DNA from: Thermoproteus sp.
GTDB lineage: Archaea > Thermoproteota > Thermoprotei > Thermoproteales > Thermoproteaceae
Direction of reading: 5' to 3'
Assembly: GCA_049976425.1 (NCBI GenBank)
Contig: JBMFIG010000002.1
Span: 57,078-121,077 of the forward strand
DNA: 64,000 nucleotides
Of this stretch, positions 57,558 to 64,000 are shown piece after piece. The notes beneath the pieces are model-generated. The model searched no databases. It was given only the letters and a program-made list of their open reading frames with translations, and was not told the DNA's origin. Position 1 is the stretch's first letter. The number at the start of each line of letters is the position of its first letter. Made by a program: the position numbers and the translations under genes.

Positions 57558-57646
57558 TAACGGCCTTTTTCGGCGCGCCTGCCTATAGCGAGGCGCCGTT
57601 GCGCTAAATAGGGACAATATTTTTAACTTGGGCCTCACGAGGGCCA

Positions 57647-58798
57647 ATGTTGCCGAGGGCGTTCATAACAAGCGTGGTGGGGTCGTGGCCGAGGCCGAAA
57701 TGGCTCCTCGAGGCGTTCGAGAGGAGGGAGGCCGGCCTCATCGACGACGAGACCCTCAAGATCTATATGGACGATGCGGCAAGGCTCGCCATAAAGGATC
57801 AGGAGGAGGCGGGGATAGACGTGGTGACAGACGGCGAGCAGAGGAGGACCAGCTTCGTGGCGTTCGTCGGTCAGAAGCTCAAGGGCTTCAAGATAGTCAA
57901 GGCCGAAGAGCTCCACCCCGAGGCGCGGGAGATAATGAAGCGTTACAAGGCGCCCCTCACCATCTGGAGGCCCGTCATATCGGGCTATATAGAGGACAGC
58001 GTGATCGCCGCCGACGAGGCCCAGTTCGCCAAGGCCGTCGCGTCCAAGCCCATCAAGGTCACCCTGCCGTCGCCCTACCTCATCATGTGGGAAAGCTGGC
58101 ACTCCAAGATATCGGCGCCCTACTACCCCAGGCCCGAGGACGCCGCCGAGGCCTACGCGAAGGTCCTCAGGAGGGAGATCGCCAGGCTTATAGACGCCGG
58201 CGTCGCCTTCATACAGCTCGACGAGCCCATGCTCGGCGACCTCCTCGAGGCCGCCGAGAACGAGCCAGACCGCTACAAGAAGGTGGCCTCCGAGATATAC
58301 GGCCAGAAGTACAGAGGACTGAAAGACGAGATAAGGCTCGCCGTCGATCTCGTCAACGAGGTGGTCCAGGGATACGAGACGTCGGTCCGCATAGGCATGC
58401 ACCTCGACAGATGGCCCACAGAGGACTCCCCCGTAGTGGGCTACGAAAAGCTGGCGCCGACGATCTTCGACGTAAAGGTCAGACAGTACGTTGTGGAGTA
58501 TAAGGCCCCCAAGATGGGCGACCCCGTCGAGTTCGCCAAGATACTTCCCAGCGACAAGGAGATAGGGCTGGGCTCCGTCGACGTGAGGGACCACAAGCGG
58601 GTCGAGACGCCCGAGGAGATAGTGGCACACGTAGAGCGGATAGTGAAGTACGTGGACCCCACGCGCATTTGGCTGAACCCCGACTGCGGCTTCGCGCCCG
58701 GCCAATTCAGGGCGTTCCCGAGGGACGTCGCCAGGGCGAAGCTGAAGGCGATGGTCGAGGCCGCCAGGAGGCTCAGAGAAAAGTACTGGTGGGCCTAA
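57647..58798 (+). CDS. Cobalamin-independent methionine synthase II family (core MetE-like)
   Basis: VGSWPRP, TDGEQRR, IQLDEP, ETPEE, NPDCG. Confidence 0.88.
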   Translation: MLPRAFITSVVGSWPRPKWLLEAFERREAGLIDDETLKIYMDDAARLAIKDQEEAGIDVVTDGEQRRTSFVAFVGQKLKGFKIVKAEELHPEAREIMKRYKAPLTIWRPVISGYIEDSVIAADEAQFAKAVASKPIKVTLPSPYLIMWESWHSKISAPYYPRPEDAAEAYAKVLRREIARLIDAGVAFIQLDEPMLGDLLEAAENEPDRYKKVASEIYGQKYRGLKDEIRLAVDLVNEVVQGYETSVRIGMHLDRWPTEDSPVVGYEKLAPTIFDVKVRQYVVEYKAPKMGDPVEFAKILPSDKEIGLGSVDVRDHKRVETPEEIVAHVERIVKYVDPTRIWLNPDCGFAPGQFRAFPRDVARAKLKAMVEAARRLREKYWWA

Positions 58799-58901
58799 TT
58801 TTTCCTTGCCCTCTCTACAAGTCTACGGACGGAGCCGACGCGCTCTGGAGACGGTCCGCCGCGTAGCTTTAAGCTTTTAAGGCCGGTCAGGGGCACGGCT
58901 C

Positions 58902-59380
58902 GTGGAGGAGTTGCCGAAGCCTTGGCTCGACCCGGCGAGGTACAAGGAGGTCAGGCTTAAGGAGGCCCTCTACGAGGCGGAGATAGCGGAGCGTTTTCTG
59001 GAGACGGGCCTCGTCCGCAACGCGGCCGGGAAGGCGTTTCAGGCATGGAAGGCGCTCGTGGCGGCCTTCGCGTCAGACAAGCTTGAGGATTTGAAGAAGG
59101 CGTTCCCTGGGTATAAGCGGCTGAGGGGACAGCGGAGGAGGGTAGAAAGGGCTCTGTGGATCGTGGCGGTCATGCCTACGTCAAGGCTAAAGATCGTGGC
59201 CCAACTGGTCGGGGGCGACGTAGACCTATACACTAATCTAGCTCTCCTGCTCCACGAGTATCAGTACAATGGGCCGGACGCAGAGGGGTCTTGAGCGTCT
59301 ACCAGAGCGACGAGTCGGCGGCCCGCGACGTGGCCAAGCTTTTGGCCAAGATCAAGGAGCTCGCGCAACCGCGTCCGTAG
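58902..59380 (+). pseudogene. PaREP1 family protein, frameshifted at G run 59285-59288
   Basis: RNAAGKAFQAWKA, LHEYQYNGPD; adding one G restores EGVLSVYQSDESAARDVAKLL...* ending 59380. Confidence 0.8.
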
Positions 59381-59407
59381 TACGGCCGACCTAGCGCGGG
59401 CGAGGGG

Positions 59408-60439
59408 CTACACGCCCGCGGGGCGGCTGGCGGATCCTTGAATGCCCGTTTGCGCGTTGCCGGTCAGCATCCGCGGCGCGGTGGCTAGAAGACCCACCAA
59501 GCCGATGGCGACCAGAGGCGCTCCTATGAGCATCCACAGCGTGGCCACGCCGGCCGCCAAAACGTACAGCCACGGCCGCGCGGCTCCGAGATCTCGAAGA
59601 ACGGGCCACGTCAGTATAAAGGCGGCTACCAGCGGGATGTACCACGACAGCACGTAGGCCGTGGCCCAGCCAAGCGAGTCGACGAATGCCTCTAGGTCCG
59701 CGAAGAAGAACAGGTGCCGGGCCATTAACAGGAGGGAGGCCGAGAGCAACAAGGCGGCTGCAACTAGGGATATGCGGCGTCTGGGGGCGAGGCGCCACAG
59801 CGCCGAGTAGAGCAGGTAGATCCCCAGAAGCGCTCCTAGGAACAGCGCCCGCGCCCCCTCGCTCGTAGCGGAAATCGCGGCGGGGAGCGCCGCCATCAGG
59901 GCAAGCCCAGCGGCGGATCTGCCCGCCGCGCCTCTGCCGTACGAGAAGTAGAGATACGCGGCGTAGGAGAAGAAGCCGAAGGCGAGCACCGCCTCGTACA
60001 TCCGGGCTAGCCTAAGCCAGCTGGCGTAGGGATCGATAGAGGCCAGAAGCAACGGGTTCCCTCCGGCGGGATAGAAGGGCTCCATCTCGGGATACAGCGG
60101 CGCGTCCATGAAGACGTGGAGAGCCCATCCGGCGGCGCCGCCCAGCGCGTAGGCCCAGGGGGACTCGGCGCTTTCCAGCTTGAATGCGGCGGACAGCGGC
60201 CGTAGAAGCCCCCGCGCGGCGTATAGGACGAGTCCCGACGCAGGGCCTAGCGTCGCCGCGGCCAGGAAGGTGTGGGTGAGGCCGTGGAGAGGCCCCTCTA
60301 TCCCTAAGACGGCTTTGGCTAGGGGCTCTACGTCGACGAGGAACGTGGAGACGATGAGGAGAGCCGGCCAGTTCACGTATCCCCTCAAGACGAGCCCCGC
60401 GAGGAGCGATGAGGCTAGGTGATACGTGGTGAACGGCAC
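59408..60439 (-). CDS. Membrane-bound metal-dependent hydrolase (YbcI/DUF457-like) with extra TM segments
   Basis: PFT.YH, DVEP, HGLTHT, HVFMD. Confidence 0.8.
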   Translation of the reverse strand: MPFTTYHLASSLLAGLVLRGYVNWPALLIVSTFLVDVEPLAKAVLGIEGPLHGLTHTFLAAATLGPASGLVLYAARGLLRPLSAAFKLESAESPWAYALGGAAGWALHVFMDAPLYPEMEPFYPAGGNPLLLASIDPYASWLRLARMYEAVLAFGFFSYAAYLYFSYGRGAAGRSAAGLALMAALPAAISATSEGARALFLGALLGIYLLYSALWRLAPRRRISLVAAALLLSASLLLMARHLFFFADLEAFVDSLGWATAYVLSWYIPLVAAFILTWPVLRDLGAARPWLYVLAAGVATLWMLIGAPLVAIGLVGLLATAPRMLTGNAQTGIQGSASRPAGV

Positions 60440-60604
60440 GAAACTGTTTGGGCTAGTTTAAAAAAGCTTCCGCGCCAACAGGAGGATGGACGCCGCGGTC
60501 CAAGAGCTGGGGCTGAGGACGGACGAGGCAACAAGAGGATCGACGGGCTCTACGCCGCCCTTCTGACATACAGAAGTTGTTTATTGACCGTTAGGCCGGG
60601 CGCC

Positions 60605-61879
60605 TCACGCGTCGAGGAGGCCTCTGCCCCTCCTCCTCAAGACGACGGCCTCGAGGAACGTGTCCCTGACCGGCTCGTAAACCCGCTTATAGAAGCGCGA
60701 CTGGCTTTCCAGAACCTCCCGGGGAAACGACGAGACGTACTGAACCGCCGCCTCCCAAGCCCTCTGGTACGGCACGACTAGGTCTATCTTCCACGCCACC
60801 TCCCTATCGTAGTCCTGCGGCCTCTGGGGCTTCCCGCCTATCATGAAGAGGCCCGTCTCCTCGTCTACCTGCACCTCCTCGCCGGCGATCTCCACGAACC
60901 TCCTCTCCTCCTTCCTGCCGGCCGCCGCGCTCCCCCCGGCGCCGCGCGCGGTCCCCCTCGCCGCCGGGCCGTAGTGTTTCGCCCACGCGTAGAATATGGC
61001 CCTATTTAGGCCGAAGGACTTGGCCTTGTCCAAATCGCCGTAGAGGACGAAGTAGCGCGCCGCCTGGAGGAGCGCCATTACCTGGAACCGCCCTATCTTC
61101 GCCGGGGCCTCCCTCCCGCGGGCCGACACGGGCTCGTGGACCGGCTCGTACTCGGCCAGAGCCGCCTCGACCAGCCGAGCCGCCTCGCCCGGCTCAACGC
61201 GGGCGTAGCACCCCTCCTCGTGCCTGGGGCTCTCGGGGTTGGCCCAGTCGGGGGAGAAGCTGGAGAGCTTGTCGAGGGGGATGCAGACGGCGGCGTAGTT
61301 GAGCTCCCTATGTAGCGAGAGGGGGGCCGTGAAGACCCTCTTGGGATCCACCAGATCCTCCACCTTCAAGACCCCGCCGGAGCGCTCGGAGAGCTCCCTA
61401 AGCGCCGGGGCGGTCCTCTTGAGGACGTACCTCACCAAGGCGTGGGCCTCCTCGACCGGCCTCGCGCCCGGGAGAGCCCCCTCGTTGATCCTCACGTGTA
61501 TTCCCTCCCCCGACCACAAGACGTACACCGACCTCGACACGCCCAGCTTGTCCAGCTCCGATATTATGGCCTCGGCCGCCCTCACGGCGAGCTCCCACTT
61601 GTCTATCTTGGTGTCTATATCGAAGAAGGGGGTGTAGGCCTTGATCTTGGAGTCGGCCACGTCCTCCTGGGCCTCCACCCTGCCGTAGACGGCGGCGGTG
61701 GCGTAGAACGTCCTGGCGCCGAGCGCCTTGGCCAGCCTAGGCACGTCGTCCGGAGACCTAAGCGACAGAGGCCTGCCCGACCTGTCGTAGCGGGTGAACG
61801 CCTTGCCGTAGACGGCAACCCAGCGGCCTTTAGAGAAGTTGAAGATCTCCCTCTTGACCGCCTCCCTCTCGTAGTACAT
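60605..61879 (-). CDS. Archaeo-eukaryotic primase (AEP)-like domain fused to uncharacterised C-terminal domain
   Basis: FFDID, SGEGIHV, D..RVFTAPLSLH; distinct C-domain RFQVMALLQAAR...GLNRAIFYAWAK. Confidence 0.75.
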   Translation of the reverse strand: MYYEREAVKREIFNFSKGRWVAVYGKAFTRYDRSGRPLSLRSPDDVPRLAKALGARTFYATAAVYGRVEAQEDVADSKIKAYTPFFDIDTKIDKWELAVRAAEAIISELDKLGVSRSVYVLWSGEGIHVRINEGALPGARPVEEAHALVRYVLKRTAPALRELSERSGGVLKVEDLVDPKRVFTAPLSLHRELNYAAVCIPLDKLSSFSPDWANPESPRHEEGCYARVEPGEAARLVEAALAEYEPVHEPVSARGREAPAKIGRFQVMALLQAARYFVLYGDLDKAKSFGLNRAIFYAWAKHYGPAARGTARGAGGSAAAGRKEERRFVEIAGEEVQVDEETGLFMIGGKPQRPQDYDREVAWKIDLVVPYQRAWEAAVQYVSSFPREVLESQSRFYKRVYEPVRDTFLEAVVLRRRGRGLLDA

Positions 61880-61891
61880 GTAGCAAGGATC

Positions 61892-62482
61892 TCAGGACTT
61901 TATTAGGCCGAGGAAGCCGTCCGCGATTAGTTGCACAGCCCAGGCGGCCACTATGAGGCTGAAGAACCGCGAGAATATCTTGAGAGTATTGCTCCCGACG
62001 AGCTTGATCAGCAGGAGGGAGTACCTCATCGTGGCGTAGGTCAGCGCCGAGGCGACGGCTATGGCGAGCACCAGCGAGAGCGGGTTGTAGTACGTGGCCA
62101 TAACCATGACCGAGGTTATGGCGCCGGGCCCCACCAACATGGGCGTGATTATGGGCACGATCACGTAGTCCTCGGGGTTTATGCCCATGGTGCGGGGCGC
62201 CCCCTCCCTCAATATGTCGACAGCTATGACGAGGAGCAGTATGCCGCCGGCCGCCCTAAAGCCGTTGATGTTTATATTGAAGATGTAGAATATATAGGGG
62301 CCGCCCAGGGCGAACAGCAAGAGGAGGGACGGCACAGTCACCGCCACTAGCTTGAGGAAACGGGGGTACATCCTCTCGTAGTTGGGCAAGACCGCCAGCA
62401 GAGGTATCGCGCCCAGAGGATCGATTATGGCGTAGAGCTGGGCCGCGCCCACCAAGGCGTCCACCAACGAAAACGGTTGCAT
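61892..62482 (-). CDS. MarC family membrane protein
   Basis: IIDPLG, AGGILL, VPIITPMLVGPGAI. Confidence 0.93.
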   Translation of the reverse strand: MQPFSLVDALVGAAQLYAIIDPLGAIPLLAVLPNYERMYPRFLKLVAVTVPSLLLLFALGGPYIFYIFNININGFRAAGGILLLVIAVDILREGAPRTMGINPEDYVIVPIITPMLVGPGAITSVMVMATYYNPLSLVLAIAVASALTYATMRYSLLLIKLVGSNTLKIFSRFFSLIVAAWAVQLIADGFLGLIKS

Positions 62483-62695
62483 GACGGCGCCAAGTCGCCT
62501 CTATAAAAATTCGGCCCCCCGAGCAATCGGCCTCCGCCGCGGCCAAGCCTCGTGAAGCCGCCGTCATGGCGAGCCCGGCCGACGCGCCGCCGTCTCTCGA
62601 GACCTCGAGAGATCGTGGGGGCAGAGCCCTCCGTACTTGACAAATAGATAAATTATTATAATTATTAAATTAATTTCATATTAAAATGATTATGC

Positions 62696-63760
62696 CTATG
62701 TATTCTTCCTAAGTATATAGACCACAGCTACAGAGGCGGCGACGGCGGCGGCCAGGGCCACGAGTAGCGGCATGGGTGTGGGGATCTGCTGGCTCGATAC
62801 CGCGTTTCTGTAGCCGGTCTCGGGCCAGAACTCGACTATCACCGGCGATTTGCAGAAGCCGGCTAGCTGGAAGTACCTGGCCACGGCTCTCTCCGCCGTG
62901 CTCTTGTCGGGAGGCGTCCCGTTTATGTAGGGGAACACCAAGGCCAGAGGCCCCGACCACACCAATATGTGTATCATGTCGCGCCGTTCGACAGCGCCTA
63001 TCTCCTTCTCCATCTCTATGGCGGCGCTCCTCAACTTGTCTAGCTCGTCGTCGTTGAGCATGTAGGGCACCCAGTAGATCACGGCGCGGGGCCTCTCGCC
63101 GTTCGGCAACATGGCATATATCCTATCGAGCAACGCCAAGCTCTTCGAGACGTTCGTGGTCTTCACGACTATCGGCTGGCGTGGGAACGTATACGGCGAG
63201 ATCGAGAACACGACGTCGCCGAAGCTCTTCACAACTCCCTCTACCGCCGAGCCGTTGTTGTTCAACGCCGCGCCTAGACTGCGGAAGGCCTTGACGTGGA
63301 ACTTGGCCTCTATCTGGCCCAACGCGTCGTCCAGCGACTGGGCCGAGACAGACACCGTCTCGCCCCACAAGCCCTTGTTTACGTGGATCGTCACCAACAG
63401 AGTCACGTTGGGGCCGAGAGCCCGTATCGCCGCGTCGATGAGCACGTCGCCAGGCACGCGTAGCTCTGTAGAGTTAAGCAGGGACTTGTATATTTGATAG
63501 CTCGGCAGTAGCTCCGGCGCGGTCATCGGCGAGGAGTTTGCGTGCATATTTTTAACTATATAAACATAAACATCACAGCCGTTAACGGTGAGTATATATG
63601 TAGGTTTCAGGATATCTAGAATTTTAGTATCATTAACCACGATATATGGTAAGCTCTGATTTATCTGCGTGTTCTGGCTTGGAACAGCGGCCCGTGTTAC
63701 CATTACGAGCGACGTTGCTAGTATGATGATCGCCAACGTCGTTGGTGCCAACCTGGACAC
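62696..63760 (-). CDS. Secreted hypothetical protein with C-terminal TM anchor
   Basis: Signal peptide, NxS/T sequons, C-terminal hydrophobic helix + RK. Confidence 0.75.
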   Translation of the reverse strand: MSRLAPTTLAIIILATSLVMVTRAAVPSQNTQINQSLPYIVVNDTKILDILKPTYILTVNGCDVYVYIVKNMHANSSPMTAPELLPSYQIYKSLLNSTELRVPGDVLIDAAIRALGPNVTLLVTIHVNKGLWGETVSVSAQSLDDALGQIEAKFHVKAFRSLGAALNNNGSAVEGVVKSFGDVVFSISPYTFPRQPIVVKTTNVSKSLALLDRIYAMLPNGERPRAVIYWVPYMLNDDELDKLRSAAIEMEKEIGAVERRDMIHILVWSGPLALVFPYINGTPPDKSTAERAVARYFQLAGFCKSPVIVEFWPETGYRNAVSSQQIPTPMPLLVALAAAVAASVAVVYILRKNT

Positions 63761-63930
63761 GCTGACTCAACCCAGTAACGATATAAAATTTGCATACTCG
63801 GAGTCTACGCCTAGGTCTCGGTAGAGGGGGGCTTGCGGGGTCTTCCTCGGCGCGGTAGTCCGTCCTCGCGAGGGCCCTACAGCGGCGTATCGGCTGGGGA
63901 CGCGGGGATTCGCCGCCAGCCGCGTCGGGC

Positions 63931-64000
63931 TTACGGAGGCAGTCTGGCCACGACTTTCCTCACTTTCTTCCCGTCGGGTGTCTTGAAAAGCGCTATCACG
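63931..64000 (-). CDS. creN7: Chromatin protein Cren7, 3' end (5' beyond window)
   Basis: Minus strand reads VIALFKTPDGKKVRKVVARLPP*, matching the C-terminus of Thermoproteales Cren7 as recalled. Confidence 0.8.
   Translation of the reverse strand, partial: VIALFKTPDGKKVRKVVARLPP

Noticed and set aside
60486-60604. Short ORF or C/D-like boxes between hydrolase and AEP genes
   Set aside because: Box spacing non-canonical and ORF only 26 codons

Overview
GC-rich, densely packed archaeal chromosome segment. Cren7, PaREP1, Thermoproteales-type tRNA introns and leaderless TATA-box promoters point to Thermoproteaceae, most like Thermoproteus (inference from content, no database search). It holds mostly housekeeping and metabolic genes: upp, M1/M42/M50 peptidases, PhoH-KH, PGI/PMI, an XPB-like helicase, Sir2, gltX, asnS, AK6, sua5, prs, HDAC, an early riboflavin operon, pstSCAB-phoU, aIF-2beta, a beta-oxidation cluster and a MetE-like protein. 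Items not in the ORF track: tRNA-Glu(CTC) and tRNA-Asp(GTC), both with acceptor-stem (3/4) introns and a shared leader that copies the mature 5' end; two box C/D sRNA candidates; three small ORFs; a peroxiredoxin pseudogene; a frameshifted PaREP1; and the 3' end of Cren7. The most intriguing signals are sharp AT-rich patches (several inside intact genes) recurring roughly every 10 kb, an apparently circularly permuted Liv-type binding protein in a tRNA-adjacent island, a coupled operon of four small unknown proteins plus DUF309, and an AEP primase-like fusion protein. No CRISPR array, rRNA or intact transposase/integrase was seen.
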